NCBI RefSeq assembly: GCF_000150275.1
Contig: NW_002060943.1
Span: 3,003,264-3,067,263 of the forward strand
Source of the DNA: Trichoplax adhaerens
Taxonomy: Eukaryota; Animalia; Placozoa
Direction of reading: 5' to 3'
DNA: 64,000 nt
The notes beneath the pieces are model-generated. The model ran no database searches, was not told where the DNA came from, and saw only the letters and a list, made by a program, of their open reading frames with translations. The translations under genes were made by a program, and so were the position numbers. Shown piece by piece: positions 9,028-20,500 of this stretch (position 1 is the stretch's first letter; each line of letters starts with the position of its first letter).

Positions 9028-11039
9028 TAGAATCCTTATTTACTCTAACGAATAGATGATCACAAGCGCCGCTGAAACCGTCATTACTGAAGTAGATTTA
9101 CTCATTGCTGCCACAATAATTGTCATTTTTAATGCAATATACGATTGATTAGAGACAAAAAAAAAAAGTATCCATTTTACTACGAAAATATACGTACAAG
9201 TACTGTTCTAATTTACTTATCCACATTCAGATTATACCAATAACCAGGTTTAGTTTGAACATTTTTACGCTATCCTAACATCGCCTCTATCAAATGCAAA
9301 CTTCTTCGGGAAGATGCAAACATCAAAGAAATTGAGTAAACTTAACTACAAATAAATGAAGCTGTAGAATAACCCATTCTGACAAGACACTACGATTACT
9401 GAGGATTGAAAACTATCTAGACTTGGATAATTTACTTTCAGTGACTAAAATGCAATTGCTAAGTATCTCGTCGCCTACTCAACGCTACTTAATCCAACTA
9501 TTTCTCCTATCGTAGATCGATGAAAACATTTCAAAGATTTTAATTTTAAGCAAATTTTCCCATTTACAGTTTCAATTGTAGCTTAAAACATCGATATGAA
9601 TTTGGTAAACTCGAACAGAACTTTCCTGAAATAAATATAGACTAGCATCGATAAGATTTCATTTCCAGTTGCAATAATGTTCAATGCTAAGCTTAAGTTA
9701 ATGAAATGTTCCTTTTGAACACGATCTGAAATAAACTCAACTAAGCCAGTCTTGCCATCGCTACCGTAATGACATTAATTTTATCGATTATACAGTAGAT
9801 CAATTAGCAGACACCATGCCAATATAGAAGTAATGATACTCCAAAATCTTTATAAATACGCAGTAATAAAATTTAATCTTATTTTTACTTTTGTAGCCAA
9901 AAGATCAAGAATAGAATCTTCAGGAGTACACCAGAAGGAGACAACATCGACTGCAGGTTAATGTCTCATTTTTTATGATATACTCGTATCTATAAATTAC
10001 GCTTGTATTTTCATTTCAATATACTATTAACAACTCGAATCAGAGTCAATCCTAAGCTCAATAATACATTAGTGATTCTCATATAACTCTAACTTCTCAA
10101 TACAAAAAAGGTTTCAACCAATTTGATCGGATTAAAGCCAAATCGAAGAAATTAGTAACAGTGCCCATGGAACGTGTATAGTGAACATCATCATGAAAAC
10201 CAATTCTAAATTCAATGAACTATTTATCATGATTCCCGTAGAACTCTAAATTCGAAATGCAAATAATGCTCCAATGATATTGATAAGATTAAAGCAAAAT
10301 CAAAAATTAGCGACAGCACTAATGGAACTTGTAGAATCCATAAATGTCTGAGACTTGTAATAGCTATTATTAGAAAGCACAGAGTAAGTCAGCCATTGGC
10401 TGGAGGACAACGATTAAAATCCTAGAAGTAGAATTTATTTTTTAAACTCTATGAGTAAAATTGTAAGCTTTCAACTTTTTGATCTTTGCTGGGAAACTGA
10501 AAAGATGCATGACAGAAACAAGCTACTAGTCTATTTTACCGACAATAAAAGTACGAATAAAACGAGTAGATTCCATATTGAAGTGAGATGTTAAGATAGG
10601 AAAAAAGGAGAATTATATTGAAGTAGCTTCCCCTATAGCCTGTGAGCCTTGTATTGAAAATAAGTTTTACCAAGGAGATCGCTAAACTAAAAGTAAAATT
10701 TCCTTGGGTGATAGACTAACAACAAGCGAAATAGCATGCTATGAGATATTGTAAAAGTTGATTTCAACAACTCTTAAATTAGTTGATTTAATTCTATCCT
10801 ATTTAATACTGGAAACTCTTAGTCAACATTGCAGTTTTCAACATCAATCTCTTTATTCTGACTTTTTTACTATCACAGAGTTGGAGCTACATAGCTTTAC
10901 TATAGTTGGCTTATGAATTGTAAACTGCTAAAATTCTCAGTTTCTTCAAGCTGACTTCCTGAATGTCATAAAATTAGAGGTGCGGATCATCGTCGACTTT
11001 ATCAATCACTAAAACTCGTAGCTGCACTTTTAATCAAGA

Positions 11040-11620
11040 TCTTCAGCATGAAGAGGAATCTTTATTCTATATAAGCTATTAGATTTAGTACTGGATTAAA
11101 GTTATCCTATTTCAAATAAAACATTCAATATCAACAACAATCTCATTCGATATATCTGATTATTTCAATACTTGATTCAAGATTTAATATTTTAAATAAA
11201 ATCTTTAGCATTAAAAGCAATCTTTATTCGATACAAGATATTTACTTCAACGGTCCATTTAATAGTTTATGCGTCAATGGAAGACATTTCTTTTATCACT
11301 TAAAAAGATTTAATATTTTAAAATAAATTTTTTAACATCTACAGCATAATCTTTATTCAATATAAGCCATTCTATTCAGTGCTTGATTAAACGTATCCTA
11401 TTTCAAATTTAACATTTAATATCAACAACAATCTTTATTCGACATAGCTATTTGTTTCAATACTCGATTCAAGATTTAATACTTCAAACAAAATCTTTAG
11501 CATCAACAGCAATTTTTATTCAATACAAGCTATTGACTTTAATACTCTATCCAATATTTCATGCCTGAACATAAGTCATTTGCTTCATCACTCGATAAAT
11601 ATTTCCTATTTCACATAAAA
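11040..11620. repeat. Degenerate tandem repeat of about 80-bp subunits with a period of about 290 bp
   Basis: aatctttattc.ata.aagctatt recurs near 11057, 11139, 11219, 11348, 11431 and 11511. The block at about 11057-11340 matches about 11348-11620. Confidence 0.75.
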
Positions 11621-11746
11621 TATTCAATAACTTGGATTATTCTGCTCTACTAGTTCAGTATTGCATTCATTTCACGAAAAAAACTGCAAAAGGAATACTT
11701 AATGGATCACTATCGAATAATCAATGTTGTTAGTCACGAAGAATGG

Positions 11747-14011
11747 TTATGTATTTATAATCAAATTCTTGCAAGCATTATGTAGACCATTCAGATGAGC
11801 AGTCTCGTAAAATTGATTTATATGCCTATCAAATGCTGCATATTCCTGAAAAAGAATATTCTCATGAGCATTAGCAGTATTAAATTCATCAGCATTTGCT
11901 TTCGTCTTGCATTTTAGCCACTGCTTAACTTTATTATATAAATTTTCTCTTCGGAAGAGATTTCGTCGAGTACTATTGCCATATTTTTGATTGATGGCCT
12001 GAACTGCAACTTCATCTGCCCTTTTCAAAGCAATATAATAAGCAATAAGGATAGCAGCGCTTTTCATCTCTTCATTCTTCATGCGATCAATAGTCTTGAA
12101 AATGCAAGGCAAAATTTTATTTTTTACTTCATACGACACATAGATTGTGGCATATACCCAGTAAGCGAAAACTTGACAAGTCATTGCTTTCGTTTTCCAA
12201 TCATGATCTAGAAATGAGCCAATAAAATCAATAACTTTAAATTTGTTGGAGTTTCTACATAAAAAGGCCAAATTTCGAATGATAACCAGAAGCATTCCAT
12301 TATTGTAAGAGAGATGCTTGGCTAAATTCTGCAGAAGTTGCATGTAATCACTGATGATAGAAGCTGCTTGATCGCGTACAGCTTCCGATAATTCTCGAAG
12401 TAGATCATTAAACAATTCATGATTGCATTTTTGTATATGATTGTAAAATTCCTCAGACCATCGATTACCAAAAAGTTGGAAAACAGTAATAAAAGCTTTA
12501 GCTTTAGAACAAATTGCCCATTCTGTAGGATCAAAGATATTGATACACCATTGCATTTTTAATTTCCAAGCTAAATGAGTTATATCATCTTGACTCAAAA
12601 AGCTGCCATCAAGCCGATGTCGAAATTTATCCATGCAACTTAGCATTAGACGTTGATAAGGCATCTCTAGCTGATTCCACAGTCGTTGATAACAACCTAA
12701 TCGGCGAAATGATGTTAATGCAATGTCCATCATCTTACTACAAACTTCTGGTTGCTTTTCACGACTAATGATATCAACTAAAATTTGCAAACTAAAACAG
12801 GACAAATTCGCATCATTACCATTCAATATTTTGACCAACCATCCAATACATCGTAAACTATAACTTTCAGGGATATAGCTTTTCCATCGCTCTTTAAACA
12901 AAGAAAGGATAAAATCAATCAATGAGGTAGGATAAAACTTGTTATAATCCATTATTTCCAGTAGATCATTTAAATAATCCACAATATCAATCCACTTGGT
13001 TATTTTAATGGCGTAAGCAATGACACAGGTACGTTTAATTCGGTCTTTAAGTTCGCTTGGAGTTAAGGAATCTGAATGAGTAAGTTGATTCTGACTGCGA
13101 GCTGCGGAAACAACTTTTATCCATTTGCATTTCAACAACTTTTCTTCATCACTGCCGTCGATGCACTGATCAATGTAATTAACAAGCTGAGTTAGCTCTA
13201 AAATTTGAAATATATGCTGAAAACTTGGATCGACCGAAGTAAAATTGTCTAATGAAAGTGAACACTTTGTTTTAGTTAAATTGGTACAAGGGATTTTAAG
13301 ACTTGATTGATCGACATCGTAAGTGATAGCAATAGCAAGTAACATTTGATAATATTTATGGTTAGCTTTCCTTCTTTCTTCGGATACGAATTCCGATATA
13401 ACAAAATCGCAATAAACATATTTCAATGCTTTTAAATTCTGATTTGAAATATTGTTAAGGGCAAATAAATGGGCATAAACGTTATGGGATAATTTCTTTG
13501 CGTAAAATATACCATAATCGTCGATTCCATCATTATCAATAGGGCAAATCAATTTATATAATTCCTGCCTCAGGATATATTTCAATAGGAGTAATCCATC
13601 ATTATGACTTTGAATAAATTGGAAGATATCGCTAGTAAAAGCGATCGCGTATTCTTCTTGCAACTGGCTAGTAGAAACAATCTTCTCCTCCAGTTCCACA
13701 TCATCAGTGTGATGTTGATTATAATAGATGTTGACAGGTTTCTTTAATTCTGCAGACATTATTTCTATCATTTGCTTTAATTTTGGGTCACGATTAATGA
13801 AGGTTTCAAATCTGACAACACGATTGCTTGCTTTTTCACTTTCTTTTGCTGGAATGGAGTCCACTGTACCTTTAAGGTGTTCGATAGCCACATTATTTTT
13901 CGCTTGATCAGCCAGAAAAGCTGTCATTTCATCTAAGATTCCATCAGCAGTTGGAGAATCAGTTTCACTGCTCTTTGATGGTATTGCTGGTTGATAATTT
14001 CCACAAGTAAC
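11747..14011 (-). CDS. Large uncharacterised, mostly alpha-helical protein (726 aa or more); C-terminal half ARM/HEAT-like
   Basis: A 726-codon ORF in AT-rich DNA. The frame stays open upstream of the ATG at 13927 up to a splice acceptor (ttattcgtag|GTT) at 14011. Amphipathic helical composition; no family recognised with confidence. Confidence 0.8.
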   Translation of the reverse strand, partial: VTCGNYQPAIPSKSSETDSPTADGILDEMTAFLADQAKNNVAIEHLKGTVDSIPAKESEKASNRVVRFETFINRDPKLKQMIEIMSAELKKPVNIYYNQHHTDDVELEEKIVSTSQLQEEYAIAFTSDIFQFIQSHNDGLLLLKYILRQELYKLICPIDNDGIDDYGIFYAKKLSHNVYAHLFALNNISNQNLKALKYVYCDFVISEFVSEERRKANHKYYQMLLAIAITYDVDQSSLKIPCTNLTKTKCSLSLDNFTSVDPSFQHIFQILELTQLVNYIDQCIDGSDEEKLLKCKWIKVVSAARSQNQLTHSDSLTPSELKDRIKRTCVIAYAIKITKWIDIVDYLNDLLEIMDYNKFYPTSLIDFILSLFKERWKSYIPESYSLRCIGWLVKILNGNDANLSCFSLQILVDIISREKQPEVCSKMMDIALTSFRRLGCYQRLWNQLEMPYQRLMLSCMDKFRHRLDGSFLSQDDITHLAWKLKMQWCINIFDPTEWAICSKAKAFITVFQLFGNRWSEEFYNHIQKCNHELFNDLLRELSEAVRDQAASIISDYMQLLQNLAKHLSYNNGMLLVIIRNLAFLCRNSNKFKVIDFIGSFLDHDWKTKAMTCQVFAYWVYATIYVSYEVKNKILPCIFKTIDRMKNEEMKSAAILIAYYIALKRADEVAVQAINQKYGNSTRRNLFRRENLYNKVKQWLKCKTKANADEFNTANAHENILFQEYAAFDRHINQFYETAHLNGLHNACKNLIINT

Positions 14012-16349
14012 CTACGAATAAGTAAGTTTACATCAATACCTCGATTCGATATGCAGTATACTCGTATAGAAATTGGGATTTAACGACAGTGTTGCTTAAT
14101 TAAAAATACTAATGGCAAACAAATAAAGTTGATTTTTTAGAGTATAACTGTGAATGATGCAAGAACTAATCATTTGGATGCATTTTGCAATACACGTATA
14201 TGTACGTTTCATCATAATATTAGTATATGAAATGTGCTAACTCATGAGGCAATAATTCTTGTGGCTTTACAATGATAAAAAAAATTTTGATACATTTAGC
14301 AGAGGGCTAATGGAAAACCTAATACTCTTATCTGCCCAAGAAATATTTAATAGCAAATTTAAGTTATTAATCACAACAAAAAACCAACAAATGACAGACC
14401 AACTTAGAAATAATACCACATCAAGCACGTTCAGTTAATGGTAGGTAGATACTGGAATCTATATATGAATTCAGATATTAATGATCTTCTAAAATAAAAA
14501 TGTTTTTTTCGAATTTATTTGCAAAATAATTATTCTAATCAAAGTATCTCAAATCCATAAGTGCGTAAAGTCGATCTTAACTCTAAAAATTTCTTACGAT
14601 GGACCTGCTATCAGAATCAATCTGTTTTATCAACACTATGTATAATACTGCATTATTTCGCGTTCGTATCCAATAGCTCTCTAATTACACATTATGGAAA
14701 TGGAATGAAATGCAAGTAGACAGTACATTTACTACTCAGAAGCAGTAATGACCTTCTGGTTTAGTTTTTTATTCTTAGACTATTCTTAGGCTGTTATTAA
14801 ATGAAGTCTTCGCTATTCTGACGCTTTCCATATTAATTGAGCTTATACATTACCGGTCTTCGATGTTATTCACATACAATCGCTCAAATATACGTGAAAG
14901 CTGCTATAATCTGGCTGATGTCTCTATCAATACTTTTAATTGCAGAATTAAAGCTATTAACGTTACAAAGTTTCACTAATTACAAATAATAAACGCTACC
15001 GGAAGATTCGATGCCATCAGTATGCCAATTCCGATCTAATTTAACATTCACGTCGAAAGGAGTAGTACTTAAATGCAAATGTTCAGGAAAAGTAGCAGCT
15101 TTTTTATATATCGCATAGAAATCACAAACTCCAACTATTACGGTATACTTCTAAAGATATGATATCAATATTACAAATATAATTAGCAATGTGTTTATAA
15201 AAGAATATTTGCCGTCATTATTCCAAAAATAAGAAGGTAATTGCACTCTAGTGGCAGGCTATATAGGAAGACACCAATTTGTCTGCTCTAAAAGTTTACG
15301 CTATGGAGACAGAAATACCTTATCCGCTGTCTTAAAATGGTTACTTTCATCAAAAAAATGATCAATCATCTCTTCAATCATTCAATCTATTGTAGTAACT
15401 GTAACTAGTTTCTGCTATTTAAGCTTATATGGTACTATAAATAACTAACATGTCAAGAAAGGAAAGGCCTCAGTATAGTTAGAGTGAAAATACATTTCTG
15501 CATTAAGATTCAGGACATTTTAGGAATAAAGATTTTCAATATAATATCAACAATTGCAAGATGGCATCTCCATATACTCCTAGCAAATAAGCAACTACAA
15601 TCTCGTCAAGAATAATGTTCATGCCCATGTTAAGAGATTAAACCCTAAACAAGGCAGGGTTATATAGAAACATACCGTAAATCATAGAAGATGATACATA
15701 ACCAAGACGCTAAATGTGATTTAAATATTTCCACTTCGATAATCAATATTTTTACAGTATTGCGCCCGAAGGAGCCCCTGGCATTTTTGAACTATTGAAT
15801 CGTTTGCATTATATCATGGACATTTTTAAGCTAATAATTAACTTAATACACCGATAATATGAGAAAGTTGATGAAAGCATGATACAAGCATCAGGCTTAA
15901 ATTTATATCCTTCCGCGAGCTAAAATGTTTTCGATAACTTATCATTTCTAAATCAGTTTTATTGACATTTCGCTCTTGAAAATATCCTCATTTTTGGATA
16001 TATATCAGTATAACAGGCTGCTTAGTCATCTGATGTCATTTTATTGATGAAGCAGAAACAGTTTCGTATACTACCTATATATAAGAAGGTTGATACAAGA
16101 AGGATACACAAGCATTATGCTTCATATACATATACCCGACTATGAGCTAAAATATCTTCAATAATCATTTCTAAATCAATTTTATTGAAATTTAACTGAG
16201 AATTTACAGGTGATAGACATAGTAAATATAATAGATACGGAGTGAATCAAGTAATGTATTAGATGAATTAAGAACATAACTTGGTCTGATAATATATTAT
16301 GCATTACAAATTTAAGCTCTAACTTTTCACGATAGTCTACCACAAAACA

Positions 16350-17575
16350 TTAATACAAGTGAGCTATAATACGTTGCAATAAATCCAATTTGCATCGATC
16401 TAATTTTTGAGCATCCTTAATTCTTCGAAGCATTTTAGACACTAAAACACAGAACGCATCCGTTTCGTCTTTTCCATATAGGAGGTAACCATTTTGGCAG
16501 TCCATATTTACTCTAGCCTTGTCTAGTATAGTCATAGCAGACACGATTAATTCTTCGGCATTTGCTTTTCGTTTACAGCCAGCTTCGAGCTTTTATGATA
16601 TATAAAGGAAGAAATAGTATCAATAAAAACTTGGCATTAAAGTGATACAATTAATAGATAAATGATCGTACCTGTACGTATTCAACAGCATCAGTATCGG
16701 CAGAACTCTCATTTAATCGAGTAATTTCACCGCGACCTGAATTATTTTGCAATTGCTATTAAAGCAACAAAAATAAAGAAAAAAAATTGATTATCGGTTA
16801 TACCATAAGTGCATGATTCTATTTTTTAATCCTAGAAATATAAACTGCTATATAGATTTTGCCTGAGTATCATTTTCATCTTCACAAGTATCCTGATCTA
16901 TTTCATTTGCGTTCCTCTATTAGTAATGGATCATATATTTTACATTATGAGAGAAAGAGGAATTAGCAGGCCCTAAGGTAAACCAGCTAATCGTTACATA
17001 TATTGCTTTCATCAACTACTATCATACATTGCAGTCATTAATTTCGAATTCTTCTGAACGACTGTCACTAGAATTCGGTTCTGGGGTGGAAAGATTTGAA
17101 TGAGATTCCTGATTTACATTCTGGTAAATAAAATATTGATATTGGTTTTCGTTGAATACAAGTACTGAACGCCATAAAATGTAAAATGTATAATCATCAT
17201 CGATAGGATAACTTCAGTGGCTGTTCTCTCAATTTTAATTACCTGTAATTCAGAGTTAGGTATTGACTGCTTCTTCTCCCGCAAGAAAGATAATTCTTCA
17301 TAAAATGGCCACTTTGGCGTATAAACATCATTTTCAGCAGAACTAGATTTAACGCTAACTGCAATTTTAGCCTGTTCACGGCCGTATTGTGAGCGTAAAC
17401 TGTGCAATTTCTTCACAATCTCATTGATTGGTTTACCGACTGCTACGGCAATTTGCCTCCGAGCAACTGATCTAGCGTCATTTCTGTGATGTTCTTTATG
17501 ATTAGCATCCCAAAGGACAGATTTTTCCCTCCATAAAGAGATTAAATGCTGAATCTCTGGTTTCTCCCAAACCAT
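16350..17575 (-). CDS. MADF (Myb/SANT-like) domain protein with a C-terminal BESS-like motif; 5 exons (about 17575-17243, 17120-17028, 16916-16863, 16755-16672, 16589-16350)
   Basis: LISLWREKSVLWD...ARRQIA...KKLHSLRSQYGRE...PKWPFYEELSFL is a typical MADF domain. Phase-0 exons join in frame to DETDAFCVLVSKMLRRI...KLDLLQRI (BESS-like). Confidence 0.85.
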
Positions 17576-20500
17576 ACTAAAGTTGCCGAGGAATTTTTTT
17601 TAATTTTCTTTAGAATGCTTATATTAGTGTATAGATATACCAGCAGGAGCAAGAAGGAGTTTACACTTTACTAAGCCGCGGTAGGCAACGTATCGAATTG
17701 AAAGGATTAACTGCTAATATACTAGCAATAAGGCTGATAGACAATTCACTCGGTTCCCTATTCAATTCTATTAGTTGAGGATTATGATTGCAAATCCCTC
17801 GTATCAAAACTAACCAACACTAAATAGTTGATTCCCTAAAACACGCTTTTGCAACCTACTTTACCAGATAGTGCCTACAGCAATAATGGCCTAACAAATA
17901 TTTAAAATTATAGCCGTGGAAAGAACTATAAAAAATAACTGTTGACGTATTAATACCGCATATACAAATACTTATATACACTGTAGACATATATCTTTTC
18001 TATTTTAAAACATCCATAATTTTAATTCTCCTTACGTCGTTCCCTCAAAAATAGTTGCTAATGTTTATAATTTATCTACACTTTGCTCATGGTCAGGGCA
18101 TAGACACAAAAGTGAAATGTAAATAGTGTCTATACCATGATATGGTGTAGTAATTACTGAGTGGCTATTTATAATACAGACCCTAACAATCTGAGTAAAA
18201 AAATGTGTGATTCCTAAATATGCCCAGAATAAAGTACCGTATTGATTACTGATAATAGAATAATAATTATGGGGCTAGTGCAAATATTTTAATTCTTTCC
18301 ACTAACACTTATGCTGATTGGTGAAATATATACCGTACTTATACGACATACAATAAAATTTAAAGTTTAACTTTAATACAGTTTCCAATAAATCGGATCT
18401 ACCGTTTGCATGGTTTCTTGTAGATAAAATGTTATTAATGTACTGAAATAATAATCAGCGATAGCAAGCCCATTCTCTATAAAATCACCAAAACTAGACT
18501 CCTTCATAAATATTTTTAAAATATTTGCTTTTATAAGCACTAGCAAGTATCTTTTTCGCTCATTAGTATAATATGTAGCGTTCTCTGATAGCTGTCATAT
18601 TTCCTTCAATAACGTCAATCTTTTATATTAAGAATAATTAATTTTACATGAATCCGTTTTAGTTTCACTTTCCGAAGTATGACTTTATAAAATTTACGAT
18701 CTTTTTATGCCAGCCTCTTATTTTCCATAAATAAAATCAGATATTCCGTCACATTGAGTGAGCTTCTTCAATCAAATTGAAACTTGTGAAATATCATTTT
18801 ATCCATAAATAAACAATGCTGTTTACAATTCTAATATATTTGCATTGAGTTATAGTTCGATGATATTTTAATTTGCCCTACACAAACTCATTAATGTCGA
18901 TAGTAACTTATGCATTAATTAAGCTTTGTTACAACATATAGGCTAACATCGCTAGCTATTCCTAGAAATTACTACTTCGATCATAATAAGCATCAATTGT
19001 CGAATAGTAGACATGACATTTATAGTCAGATAATACATCTAGCTATCGAGTGGTTACAACAGTTAAAGTAATAAAGCTGAATTCTATTTCAAGCGAATCG
19101 TAACTATCCACTGCTTGATAATTTACTTCCTATTAGCAATTGCTGGAATAAATTACAAGAGCAATCTTTCCATTATAAGACAGTACTATCTAAAGTTACG
19201 GATTTTCTCGATAAAGATAATTAATATTATTTGGAATTGATAAAATTCCCCTGTTCAATTTCAGGGATAAAAATTTTAAACTGATCTATTAATTTATTAT
19301 CAAGAGCTCTTCTAGTTGTATTGACGATCTAGTATATGGAGCCACTTATGAACTTAAATCTTTTTACACTTTCCAAGCCAATGCAAATTATATTTTAGAT
19401 AATTATACAGTATATAATTATTTATTGGCTTAACCGTAATTATAATAGAAAATATACATAAACTAGTGCAAAAAGCAATTTGCACCCATGGCATGCATGA
19501 CACAATAGACATATTCGAAAGATTATTTTTAAGTCAGACCTAATTTATGATCAAATCCTGCAAGCGGTATTATAGTATACGCGATAATATTGCGTAACTA
19601 ATTTAAGCACCCCTGTAAAGAAAGAGACCGAATATGCTATAATTTTAATAGTTATAATTTTGACAATTTATAGTTTAATTTCGTAGCATTTCGTTTATTT
19701 GCTAGACTTTTAGCGGACTGTACAAGCTAATTCAGCACCTCTAAATCATTATATTATACAGTAATAGTTTTTTAATAAATTATAACAACGTCTAAATTTT
19801 AATACCAGCATAATGAAATAATCTTAATAAATAGCCTTAGATGACGGTTTTCAGCGATACAAATCAATATTATACTATGAAAATTTAATCAAGTATGAGT
19901 TGATCGCACCTAATTAACTGTAAATACAACAATTGCAAGAGTCTTTCGTATTTCTTGTAGCAAATACGTACTTAAATTACTCAGCTTTCATAATGTTTAC
20001 GAAGCAGGGCTACTAATCATCATAGATTATCAATAATTACATTAAGGCTGAAAATTAGCATTCTGTTCCTTTTGAGCTATACTGAACTAATTGAAAGCTT
20101 TCTTAGATTTTAATTATAACGTCAATTACAAATTCTTTTATTAATTATGAATTTCTAGGTGTTTTCCCTACATGAATTGTTGTATGAACTATGACTCTAT
20201 TCCAAATAATTATTCTTGTTACTCTTATTTCGCTAGCTATTGACTCTAATTTTTCAGTTTCCTTTCCTCCATGGCAGGCCTTGTAAGTACAGGTAAGCGA
20301 TAATAAAGGCAAGATATTGTTCTCTTCCATGCTGCGGTAACTTTGTAAATACGATTTAGTGTATTTATTTTACTCCTATTTTTATTAAACTATAAGTATT
20401 GATAGAATTAATTAAAATCTGTTAGTAAACAACTTATTCCCTGCCGTATCTTTCTATAGCAGTTTCCACAAATACAGACGACCAATAGAACAAGTAAAAT

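Noticed and set aside
15917-16190. Short direct repeat gagctaaaat...atcatttctaaatca.ttttattga
   Set aside because: A real but small local duplication with no evident function.
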